Of a stretch of DNA of 64,000 nt, positions 26,651-35,217 are shown in pieces. The DNA comes from Candidatus Omnitrophota bacterium. Lineage in GTDB: Bacteria; Omnitrophota; Gorgyraeia; Gygaellales; Profunditerraquicolaceae. Location: the NCBI GenBank assembly GCA_043800555.1, contig JAZDMX010000023.1:9101-73100 (forward strand). The letters run 5' to 3'. Numbering within the stretch: the first letter of the stretch is position 1; the number at the start of each line of letters is the position of its first letter. The translations under genes and the position numbers were made by a program. The notes under the pieces were generated by a model. It made no database searches. It worked only from the letters and a program-made list of their open reading frames with translations, and had not been told where the DNA came from.

Positions 26651-27016
26651 ATGAATAGAACTATATTCCTAATGATACTCCTTGCGTTTATTCTTTATTT
26701 TCCATTTATTCCCCGGGCCCAAGCCGACTCAATGGATAAACTCAGGATTCAACAACAGCTTGACCAGTTTAAAAACCAGCTCCAAACCAATGCCCAAAAT
26801 ACCAACGCCCGGGCCCAAAACCTTATCCAAGAAAAAGAAATAGAAGCAACGCAATATCAGGAAAGACAAGAAGTAACTTCCGATGTCTTTGATAAATTCG
26901 CCAAAAAAAGCCAGCAATCGAGTTTCCAGCATATGGCCCGCATATACGGGATGCCTCTTTTGATAATGGCGGCTGTCGGCGTTATCCTATTGGTAATTTG
27001 GCACCAAAACGTATAG
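26651..27016 (+). CDS. Hypothetical Gln-rich secreted/membrane protein
   Basis: N-terminal signal, a Gln-rich coiled region and a C-terminal hydrophobic segment. Confidence 0.35.
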   Translation: MNRTIFLMILLAFILYFPFIPRAQADSMDKLRIQQQLDQFKNQLQTNAQNTNARAQNLIQEKEIEATQYQERQEVTSDVFDKFAKKSQQSSFQHMARIYGMPLLIMAAVGVILLVIWHQNV

Positions 27017-27084
27017 TAAAAAGGGGGACGTTTCTACTTTTATCGAGTCTGATTGCCGGAAAAATAGAAACGTCCCCCTTTTAC
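27017..27084. repeat. Palindromic hairpin repeat, copy 3 (copy 2 in inverse orientation, loop included)
   Basis: AAAAAGGGGGACGTTTCTACTTTT ... AAAATAGAAACGTCCCCCTTTT. The loop ATCGAGTCTGATTGCCGG is the reverse complement of the copy 2 loop. Confidence 0.85.
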
Positions 27085-27245
27085 TCTTATACGGTGATTT
27101 TTCAAAAAACACTTGACAAATAACAGGTTATATGTTAAAAAAGTACAAATGGTATTAACTCAAAAATATCGCCTAGGCATATAAATCATTCGCGCCTAGT
27201 TTATATAACGCAAACAGGGTATCATAAAAAAGGAGGAGAAAGAAA

Positions 27246-28580
27246 ATGAGTAAACGCTTAAGTTTGGTGCTTGCGCTTCTATTTACGATAGGCACAACAT
27301 TCGCCTACGCTGAAGTGCAAAATATCAAGGTATCGGGCGATATCTTGGCAAGCGGAGTAACAAGAAGCCATTTTGGCCTCATTGCCGCAACATCAGGGGA
27401 TAAGAGCGCGTTGAAGCAAAGTTTTATTATGTCTCAAATCAGGCTTCGTGTTGACGCCGACCTTACCGACAATGTCATGGCAACCGTAAGGCTTATCAAC
27501 GAAAGAATCTGGAACGGCCAAAACGATACTACCTCTAGCGGAAATTCGAATATTGACCTTGACTTAGCCTACGTTACCTTAAAGGAATTCTTATACTCTC
27601 CTTTAAGCTTCACAGTCGGCCGTCAGGAAATCCGTTTTGGTAATGGATTGGTCATGGGCAACGCAAAGGCGGACATCAGCGGGACATCAACCATTCCTAC
27701 CGATTTAAGCGAAAGAAAGGCCTTTGACGCCATACGCGCTACTCTTAATTATGATCCTTTAGTGATTGATTTGGTCTATGCTAAGGTAAAGCAAGCTACT
27801 TCCGTGGATAGGAATACCATTGGCTTAGCCGGCGTTAATGCTACTTACGCGGTAAACAAAGATACCAATGTGTCTGCTTACTATTTCTTAAAAAGGGACA
27901 ACTATAAAGGCACTTCCCTGGGACGCGGCGAGCCCGATCAATTAAACACTATCGGCGGCTTGGTAACCAGCACCCCGATCGAGAACTTAACCGTATCCGG
28001 AGAGGCTGCTTATCAGTTCGGAAGAAACGATTCTTCCAACACAACCCAGAAAAAACATGATGCCTGGGCGTTTCAGGCTATGGCGGATTATATCTTTGCC
28101 AAGGTCAAAACAACTCCTAAAATCGGAGCTTCGTGGACCTATTTATCCGGGGGCAAGGCCAGCGGCACTGACGCTACCAGGAATCAAGGCTGGGACGCAA
28201 TGTTCTACGATCAGAAATTGAACAATATCGTCTACGCAATCCTGCCTTTTACGAATATGAATGCTTTCAACTTAAAGGCCAGTTGCAAACCGTTAGATGA
28301 CGTTACGGTGTCTGCTGTATATGGTTATTATAATGTAGCCAAGCAGAGCACCGCGGCTGTCATCAGCCCATTCTACTATGACGGGTCTGCTCAATATTTA
28401 AACACCAACTATACAGGCAAAACACATCTCGGCGACGCAATTGATTTAACCGCAACCTATGACTATACCGAAGATGTGCAGTTAGGTTTAACCTATGGAT
28501 GGTTTAAACCGGGCAATGCCCTGGCAACAAACGAGAAAGACGCCAATCAGTTAATTGGTTCTTTAAAGGTAATATTCTAA
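27246..28580 (+). CDS. Outer-membrane beta-barrel protein (porin-like)
   Basis: Signal peptide (LFTIGTTFAYA), alternating amphipathic beta-strand pattern and a C-terminal Phe (SLKVIF). Confidence 0.55.
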   Translation: MSKRLSLVLALLFTIGTTFAYAEVQNIKVSGDILASGVTRSHFGLIAATSGDKSALKQSFIMSQIRLRVDADLTDNVMATVRLINERIWNGQNDTTSSGNSNIDLDLAYVTLKEFLYSPLSFTVGRQEIRFGNGLVMGNAKADISGTSTIPTDLSERKAFDAIRATLNYDPLVIDLVYAKVKQATSVDRNTIGLAGVNATYAVNKDTNVSAYYFLKRDNYKGTSLGRGEPDQLNTIGGLVTSTPIENLTVSGEAAYQFGRNDSSNTTQKKHDAWAFQAMADYIFAKVKTTPKIGASWTYLSGGKASGTDATRNQGWDAMFYDQKLNNIVYAILPFTNMNAFNLKASCKPLDDVTVSAVYGYYNVAKQSTAAVISPFYYDGSAQYLNTNYTGKTHLGDAIDLTATYDYTEDVQLGLTYGWFKPGNALATNEKDANQLIGSLKVIF

Positions 28581-28601
28581 GGCTGTTTATGTAAATAAAG
28601 G

Positions 28602-28637
28602 AGCCCTTGGGGGCCAACACCTCCGAGGGCTTTTTTA
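28602..28637 (+). terminator. Rho-independent terminator after the OMP gene
   Basis: Imperfect stem GAGCCCTTGG...CCGAGGGCT (8/9) followed by TTTTTTA. Confidence 0.6.
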
Positions 28638-28835
28638 TTACTCTGATAGCTTTAGGCCAATAGCCTGTAAGTCAATGCCAAGCTTAGAACAAAAATATAT
28701 CAAACAATCTGAATTTGATGTATATTATAAAAGGTGCGAAGAACTTTCAGAATGCTCCATAGTTTTCGTAATTATTTAAAACTTTAAACCATAGGCTATA
28801 GGCTATCGACTATAGACCTGTATATTTTTTATCCT

Positions 28836-30395
28836 ATGTTACACTTGGCCTTCATCTTCCATATGCACCAACCCTATTACAAAGACCTGCTTACCGGCCA
28901 GGCGGACCTTCCCTGGGTCAGGCTTCACGGGGTAAAAGACTACCTCGATATGGTGCAGATACTGGAGAAATTCCCGAAAATCCATCAAACTTTCAATATT
29001 GTCCCGTCCTTATTTGAACAAATCGAGAATTACGCCGACGGCTCCATAAAAGAAAGGTTCCTTGAGCTTTCATATAAAGAAGCTGACCACCTCTCCGGAA
29101 ACGATAAAAATTTCATCCTGAACAATTTCTTCTCCATCAATAAAGACAGGGTCATCTCCAACTTTCCCCGCTACTATGAATTGTATTTCAAGAAACAGAG
29201 GAAAGAAGAATTCAGCACCCAGGATTACCTTGACCTTCAGCTATGGTTTAATTTAGCCTGGATCGACCCGTCATTGCGGGCCAAATCCCCGGAACTAAAA
29301 GCAGTTATAGCCAAGGGAAGGTTTTACAGCCAAGAGGATAAGCGGCTTGTCCTGGACAAACAGCTAAGCATCCTGAAAGAAATACTCCCGGCATACAAAA
29401 GGTTTTGCGGCTCCGTTCAGGGCGAGCTAAGCGTAACGCCTTATTATCACCCTATACTGCCGCTATTGTGCAGTTCAAATAGCGCCAAGGAGGCAAACAG
29501 GCAAAGCCTTTTGCCCAACAAGGAATTCCGGTACCCTCAAGACGCCAAGGCCCAAATTGACGGCGCTGTAAATTTCTACCGGGAGAGATTCGGGTCTATC
29601 CCCAACGGCATGTGGCCGTCGGAAGAATCGGTAAGCGAGAGCATCCTTCCCTTTATAATCGATTCGGGCATAAAATGGATAGTCGCGGATGAAGCCATAC
29701 TCTTTAAATCCCTGAAATCAAAGGAGAGGGCCACTAAATTGCTCTACCAGCCGCATTCATTGAAAAGAAAGCAGGGGAGCCTCAATATTGTCTTCCGCGA
29801 CCGCAATCTTTCGGATTTAATCGGATTTGTTTATCATTCCTGGAAGGCCCGGAATGCGGTGGAAGATTTTATGCGGCATTTGGGCAATATAAATAAAACC
29901 TTTGAGAACCAGGACATCCTGGTAACCATAGCCATGGACGGAGAAAACGCCTGGGAATATTACGCCAATGACGGCCATGACTTCCTGGAGCTGCTTTATC
30001 AAAGCCTTAGCGAATCCGATTTCATAAAAGTTACAACGGTATCGCAATACCTGGAGAAACATGCGGTTAGATCCGAAATAAGGCATTTGAGCGCCGGTTC
30101 CTGGATATACGGTAATTTTAACAAATGGATGGGTAATTTCTATAAGGCCAAGGCCTGGGATTGGCTGCTTTGCGCCCGGGCCCAGCTGGATAAAGCAATG
30201 CCCGGCTTATCAGAGCAGGACAAACAGCTTGCCTTAAAACAAATTTATGTTTTGGAGGGCAGCGATTGGTTCTGGTGGTACGGCGAAGATCCCGATGGCT
30301 CCTTTGACAGGTTATTCCGCCTGCATCTACGCAACTTCTACTCAATAATAAAAGTTCCGGCCCCGGATTATTTGTTAAACCCTCTAAGTGCTTGA
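28836..30395 (+). CDS. Glycoside hydrolase family 57 enzyme (glycogen branching/alpha-glucan processing type)
   Basis: GH57 N-terminal signature LAFIFHMHQPYY...LPWVRLHGVKDY. Confidence 0.85.
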   Translation: MLHLAFIFHMHQPYYKDLLTGQADLPWVRLHGVKDYLDMVQILEKFPKIHQTFNIVPSLFEQIENYADGSIKERFLELSYKEADHLSGNDKNFILNNFFSINKDRVISNFPRYYELYFKKQRKEEFSTQDYLDLQLWFNLAWIDPSLRAKSPELKAVIAKGRFYSQEDKRLVLDKQLSILKEILPAYKRFCGSVQGELSVTPYYHPILPLLCSSNSAKEANRQSLLPNKEFRYPQDAKAQIDGAVNFYRERFGSIPNGMWPSEESVSESILPFIIDSGIKWIVADEAILFKSLKSKERATKLLYQPHSLKRKQGSLNIVFRDRNLSDLIGFVYHSWKARNAVEDFMRHLGNINKTFENQDILVTIAMDGENAWEYYANDGHDFLELLYQSLSESDFIKVTTVSQYLEKHAVRSEIRHLSAGSWIYGNFNKWMGNFYKAKAWDWLLCARAQLDKAMPGLSEQDKQLALKQIYVLEGSDWFWWYGEDPDGSFDRLFRLHLRNFYSIIKVPAPDYLLNPLSA

Positions 30396-30433
30396 CATCT
30401 AATGAGTTTTATGTTATAAATGTTCAAGTTGAA

Positions 30434-31000
30434 ATGGATAAAAAAGACATATACGAACACTTAGCAAAGATCTACCTTGATGCTTCTTCGAAGAAGAAAA
30501 AAAGAAATAAGGCTTATCCAAAACTTTTCAAGAATCTTTTTATCGTAAGCATATTCCTAATGGCCGGCCTATCTACAACTTTATTATCTTCGGCGTTTAA
30601 GAAGCAAAATTTGAATTCCGAGACCGCTTTAGTCCTTCAAAACGGGCACGCGAAGATTAATTTTAATTTCAACCCCGCGAAAAAAGAATCCTATACCCTT
30701 GAGCTTAACCGCCTGAACCTGGCCCGCTTTAAAATGCTGGCTTTCTCCGTAAGAAGTATGGGCCCTAAGGACAAAATAACCCTGCGGGTTGAATTTACAA
30801 ACTCCTTCAAAGAAAAATCCGAGATTTATTTAAGGGGCCTGCCTTCCAACTGGCAGGATTTTAGGATCAATCTATCCGAATTCAAGAATATAAGCGACTG
30901 GTCGGAAATAGACAGCCTTTCTTTTTGCGTGGAAGAATGGAACGTATCCGGGAGTAAGGGGCTGATTTTCATCGATAATGTCCGGCTCCTTAAGACCTGA
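30434..31000 (+). CDS. Hypothetical bitopic membrane protein with beta-rich C-terminal domain (possible carbohydrate-binding)
   Basis: ATG at 30434 (the track start at 30392 is a TTG). One TM (LFIVSIFLMAGL). It sits between GH57 and the ParA-CBM48 gene. Confidence 0.4.
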   Translation: MDKKDIYEHLAKIYLDASSKKKKRNKAYPKLFKNLFIVSIFLMAGLSTTLLSSAFKKQNLNSETALVLQNGHAKINFNFNPAKKESYTLELNRLNLARFKMLAFSVRSMGPKDKITLRVEFTNSFKEKSEIYLRGLPSNWQDFRINLSEFKNISDWSEIDSLSFCVEEWNVSGSKGLIFIDNVRLLKT

Positions 31001-31061
31001 AACGCCTGGGCCAGGCATGCATAAGCTATCCTGAGTTGACGAAACAAAAGGAGGAAATATA

Positions 31062-32195
31062 ATGCGCATAATAGCCATCACTAACCAAAAGGGGGGTTGC
31101 GGCAAAACGACAACCTCGGTTAATTTAGCCGCTTCTTTGGCTACTAACGGTAAAAAAGTGCTGCTAATAGATATTGACCCGCAAGCGCACGCGACACTTG
31201 GATTAAATATCAAATCCTCGCTTAGTATTTATAATGTTTTGTCAAAGACCGCGCATCAAAAGGCGAAAATCGAAGATATCATCCAAAACATAAGCCCGGA
31301 TTTCGACATAGCGCCGTCCAGCATCATTTTGAGCACCCTTGAACAGGAGTTGGCCGGCGAAATAGGCAGGGAATCCCGGCTCTGGGACACCTTAAACAAT
31401 TTTAAAGGCCTTTACGATTATATACTGATAGATTGCCCTCCAAATTTAGGCATTCTGACCATAAACGCTATCCGGGCAGCCAATGAAATAATTATCCCGG
31501 TAGAAGCCAGCAGGTTCTCCCTGGAAGGCATGGGCCAGCTCATAAGCATAGTAAGTTTGGTCCGTGACCGCTTAAACCACGCTGTAAGCGTCAAAATACT
31601 GGTTACTAATTTCGATTCCCGCCTGGCGCATTCTTTCAAAATGCTTTTGAAGATCAAATCCGATTTTAATAATAAACTATTCTCCACCATTATCCACGTG
31701 AACGTAAGGTTAAAAGAAGCCCAGAACCAGGGAACCCACATATTCAATTTCGACAAGTATTCCCGCGGGGCAAAAGACTATTACAGCCTCTCAAGGGAAA
31801 TCATCACTCAAGAAGAACCCGGGGCTAATGCTGCCATCAAGGCGGAGAGCGCGCCCAAAGCGGCGGTTAAGCCGATCGTAAGCCTGGAAAAGAAAATGAA
31901 CGAGATACTTAAAGCAGAACTTCCGAAACTTACCGAAGTAATGTTCTCGGTTGTTGCGCCCGAAGCTAAAGAGGTTTACGTTACCGGAGAATTCAATAAC
32001 TGGAAACTGGAAGCGTCCGGCCGCATGCTCAAGAATAACGGGACCTGGAGCAAAAAACTAAACCTGACCAGCGGGAAATACCGCTACCGCTTTGTTATTG
32101 ACGGAAATTGGACGGAAGACTCATCCAACCCCTTAAAAGAAAAGAACCCCTACGGCTCGATTGATTCCCTGATCGAAATCGGAAAGAAACAATAA
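31062..32195 (+). CDS. ParA/MinD-family P-loop ATPase fused to a C-terminal CBM48/AMPK-beta-type glycogen-binding domain
   Basis: Deviant Walker A NQKGGCGKTTTSVNLA followed by a ParA fold. C-terminus EVYVTGEFNNWKLE...GTWSKKLNLTSGKYRYRFVIDGNWTEDSSNP matches the AMPK-beta GBD/CBM48 pattern. Confidence 0.8.
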   Translation: MRIIAITNQKGGCGKTTTSVNLAASLATNGKKVLLIDIDPQAHATLGLNIKSSLSIYNVLSKTAHQKAKIEDIIQNISPDFDIAPSSIILSTLEQELAGEIGRESRLWDTLNNFKGLYDYILIDCPPNLGILTINAIRAANEIIIPVEASRFSLEGMGQLISIVSLVRDRLNHAVSVKILVTNFDSRLAHSFKMLLKIKSDFNNKLFSTIIHVNVRLKEAQNQGTHIFNFDKYSRGAKDYYSLSREIITQEEPGANAAIKAESAPKAAVKPIVSLEKKMNEILKAELPKLTEVMFSVVAPEAKEVYVTGEFNNWKLEASGRMLKNNGTWSKKLNLTSGKYRYRFVIDGNWTEDSSNPLKEKNPYGSIDSLIEIGKKQ

Positions 32196-32206
32196 GGGAG
32201 GTGCGT

Positions 32207-32614
32207 ATGATTAAGAAAAAACCGGCAAAAAAGAAAATAATAAAGAAGGCAACAAAAAAGGCGGGCGTCAAGAAGCCTGCCAGGAAAATCGCCCCCAAGA
32301 AGAAAAAAACAGTTGGCAAGGTTAAAAAGGCGGGCGTCAAGATTAAAAAAACCAAAGAAAATTTAATTGGCGCCATAACGCATTATTTCCCGCACGTGCA
32401 GGCAGCAGTAATAAAATTAGAGTCCCCCTTATCAGCCGGGGAAACGATTAAGGTCAAGGGCCACACAACGGATTTTACGCAAAATATTACCTCTATGCAA
32501 ATTGACCATGTCAGCGTAAATTCAGCTAAAACCGGGCAAGAAATCGGCCTGCTGGTCACTTCCCGGGTAAGGCAAGGAGACCTAGTTTATAAAGTTAAAC
32601 AAAAAGGAGGCTAA
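32207..32614 (+). CDS. Lysine-rich (histone H1-like tail) protein with C-terminal small beta-barrel domain; candidate ParA partner
   Basis: GGGAGG is 5 nt upstream of the ATG at 32207. N-terminal KKKPAKKKIIKKATKKAGVKKPARKIAPKKKK... The ~90-aa C-terminus weakly resembles translation-factor domain 2. Confidence 0.6.
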   Translation: MIKKKPAKKKIIKKATKKAGVKKPARKIAPKKKKTVGKVKKAGVKIKKTKENLIGAITHYFPHVQAAVIKLESPLSAGETIKVKGHTTDFTQNITSMQIDHVSVNSAKTGQEIGLLVTSRVRQGDLVYKVKQKGG

Positions 32615-32615
32615 A

Positions 32616-32795
32616 GTGAGGCTTTCGGAAGTAGAAAAAAGAGCAAAGGCTTTAGGGATCAAAGATACCTGGAGGCTTTCTAAGAAAGAACTGATCAAGA
32701 CGATCCAGCAGGTTGAAGGGAATAACCAATGTTTCGGGACCATTCGCGCCTGCAGCCAATTAATCTGCTGCTGGAGGGGAGACTGCATAAGATGA
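32616..32795 (+). CDS. Small Rho_N/SAP-like domain protein with Cys-rich tail (GTG start, 59 aa)
   Basis: VRLSEVEKRAKALGIKDTWRLSKKELIKTIQQ resembles a Rho-N-terminal-like helix pair. The stop overlaps the next ATG as ATGA. It is absent from the ORF track (<60 aa). Confidence 0.35.
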   Translation: MRLSEVEKRAKALGIKDTWRLSKKELIKTIQQVEGNNQCFGTIRACSQLICCWRGDCIR

Positions 32796-32977
32796 AATAC
32801 CGCTGCCAAGTCTGTAACCGCGATATCGATGAATTTGCCAGCCTTGCCCATATTAAAGCAGAGGAATATTTATTAGAACTAATCAGGCGCGACCATCCTG
32901 AATGGCACGAGAACAAGAAAACCTGCCACAAATGCGTCGAATATTACCGCAAATTAGTAAAAGAAAACGAGGTCTGA
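32792..32977 (+). CDS. Small zinc-ribbon protein (CxxC...CxxC, 61 aa)
   Basis: MKYRCQVCNRD...KKTCHKCVEYY. The track ORF from 32729 is an upstream extension. Confidence 0.35.
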   Translation: MKYRCQVCNRDIDEFASLAHIKAEEYLLELIRRDHPEWHENKKTCHKCVEYYRKLVKENEV

Positions 32978-33074
32978 TTTAAGGGGGGCGCATAGGAGCG
33001 CCCCCTAAAAATATAACATTTTTGAGTACATACCCATAATAAATACGGCGTTAAAACCCGGTAAGTTCAAGTAA

Positions 33075-33413
33075 ATGCAACCTCGAGGAAGGCCTAAAAA
33101 ATACAGGATAGTGCACCTTGACCCTAAGATAAGCCAATTCAGCCCCCGGGGCAAACCCGGCAGGCCGAATGAAATAGACCTTAGCCTAGACCAGTTTGAA
33201 GCCATAAGGCTGGCTGATTATATGGGATTACCTCAAAAAGAAGCAGCCAAGTCAATGCGCATATCCCAACAGACCTTTAGCCGGATACTAAAAAAGGCGC
33301 GGAGAGGCTTAGCTAACGCTTTAGTCAAAGGCAACGCCATAAAGATACAAGGCGGAAACTACATAATCACTTCCCGCGAAGATCATGCTCCGACAAAGGG
33401 CCAAAACAGCTAA
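33075..33413 (+). CDS. DUF134/UPF0251-family predicted DNA-binding protein
   Basis: The conserved ...LDQFEAIRLADYMGLPQKEAAKSMRISQQTFSRILKKARRGLANAL... pattern of this family (sigma-70 region-4-like HTH). Confidence 0.6.
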   Translation: MQPRGRPKKYRIVHLDPKISQFSPRGKPGRPNEIDLSLDQFEAIRLADYMGLPQKEAAKSMRISQQTFSRILKKARRGLANALVKGNAIKIQGGNYIITSREDHAPTKGQNS

Positions 33414-33687
33414 AAGGCCCGCAATAAAACCCGCCAAAAAACCTTCATTTTACCGCTTTTTACCTACTTTTACCTTTGTGCTCAACTTCCTATAATATAT
33501 CTTATGTTAACTTGAGCATATTGCCTAAGTCAACTTAACCTCTTGTTAAATAAGGAGTTACGTTACCCTGGTATTTACCTGTGGAAAAGCAATTTTTTAG
33601 TTACTTAAACTTACCGCTTTCTTTTAAGGTTGACATTTACGGATGGATTCCTGAAGGAATTTACCGGGATTTTTTGCCTCTAATCGC

Positions 33688-34811
33688 CTATTTCATTCTC
33701 CGGGTTAAAATTACCTGGGCGGGAAAAATCGAATTATCTCCCAAGCGGCCATTGATCTTATCCAGCGCCTTAACCAAAGCCTCTCTGCGCCTTTGTTCGG
33801 GTAATAAAGGCAGGTAACTTTGCCACTCTAAACTGCTGGCAGTTACTCCCAGGGCCCTGATTTTTGGCCTTTTCCGGGCCTCCTGGGCCATTAATTTAAG
33901 GGCTCTCAAGTATATTTCATAGCTATCATTGGTAGCCATTGAAAAGGTTTTTTGGGCCAGAAAATCGCCTTTATCCGGCATATTCAGCCAGATATGGGTT
34001 GTCCGGGAGGCAAGCTCGTTCTGCCTTAAACGCTCGCCAACCATTTCAGATAATACCCTGATCCAGGCGTTGATAAACCGGGGGTTTTCCAAAGCTTTCG
34101 GCAAGGTGTAGGAATGGCTTATTGACTTAGGCCGTTCGCCGCTTTCCCGGTTTCCTTAAACTTACCGGAATTTTCATTAACCCCTGCTGCGCCAAAGAAT
34201 CCCGGTAAGTTCAGGTATAAATCCCAGCAGCTTCTTAACCCCTGGCGCATTAAAATCTGCCCGGTTTTGCCTGCCATGCCACAAGCCTTGGTAAGCGGAG
34301 TTAAAGCCAGGACATCCTTAAGGTTGGAATCGTCTATCCGGGTAACTCCGTCAGGCTTATTGACCTTAGAAGCCAGCTTGGCAAGAAGTTGGTTTTCGGC
34401 TATGCCAACTGAAGCGGTAATGTTAAAGTTTGCATATATCTGCTCCCGGATCTGTTTAGCTAATTTAAGCGGTTGGGGGTAATCCCGGATATCCAGCTGG
34501 AATTCATCAATTGAAACGTAATTCAGCGGGAACCCGAAACCTTTAAGCAGCTCAAGGATTTGCCCGGAAGTCCAGATATACTTGGCCTGGCTTGCCGGCA
34601 CAAACTCTAAATTTGGGCAGATGTTAAAGGCGTCTTTTGAGAGCATCCCGGAATGTATTCCCAGGCGCTTAGCTTCATAGCTGGCGGCGCAAACCACGGT
34701 GCGCGTTTTATTGGCGCGCGAGCCCACAATCAAAGGCTTGCCTTTAAGGCGCGGGTTTATGGCCTGCTCAATTGAAGCAAAAAACGCGTCCATATCGATG
34801 TGCAGGATCAT
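33688..34811 (-). pseudogene. dinB: DNA polymerase IV (dinB), interrupted by frame lesions
   Basis: N-terminal 2/3 (MILHIDMDAFFASIE...SIDE...) in one frame and little-finger domain (ERPKSISHSYTL...) in another. In-frame stops and frame switches cluster at 34156-34215. Confidence 0.6.
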
Positions 34812-34846
34812 ACGGGGATAAAAGCCATAAGCCAGGGGTTAAAGCA

Positions 34847-35155
34847 TCAGGTAATTATCTTGTCTATCTGCCAACGGAAGGTGGAATTATTGAATGATAT
34901 CTGGTAAAGCTGGCCGGCGCTAATCACGGAGAAATAATTAATCCGGGCCTGGCCCAGCCGCTCCTGCCAATTGTAGGTTATGGTCTCTATGCCATATTCT
35001 TTATTATTCCAAAGAAAAGTTTTAGGGTAAATCCTGGTATTCTTAAAATAAGCCAGGACTTCGATGCGCTCGCCTAAATCATCCGGGTCAAACCCGGATT
35101 TATCCGGCTCAAATTTGTCCCATCGCGCATTAGGATTAAAGCTATTTTGCCCCAT
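34847..35155 (-). CDS. Hypothetical protein (102 aa) between lexA and dinB; likely SOS-regulon member
   Basis: Same strand and tight spacing within the lexA–dinB unit. I recognise no family. Confidence 0.45.
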   Translation of the reverse strand: MGQNSFNPNARWDKFEPDKSGFDPDDLGERIEVLAYFKNTRIYPKTFLWNNKEYGIETITYNWQERLGQARINYFSVISAGQLYQISFNNSTFRWQIDKIIT

Positions 35156-35217
35156 ATCTTTCTGCCTTTGCTTTTTCCCGCATACTATATAATAAATATA
35201 CTAATACACTATAAGCC

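Noticed and set aside
33581-33817. 78-aa + strand ORF
   Set aside because: It lies antisense to the dinB 3' region. Its GTG start is 29 nt from the only SD-like sequence. No motifs.
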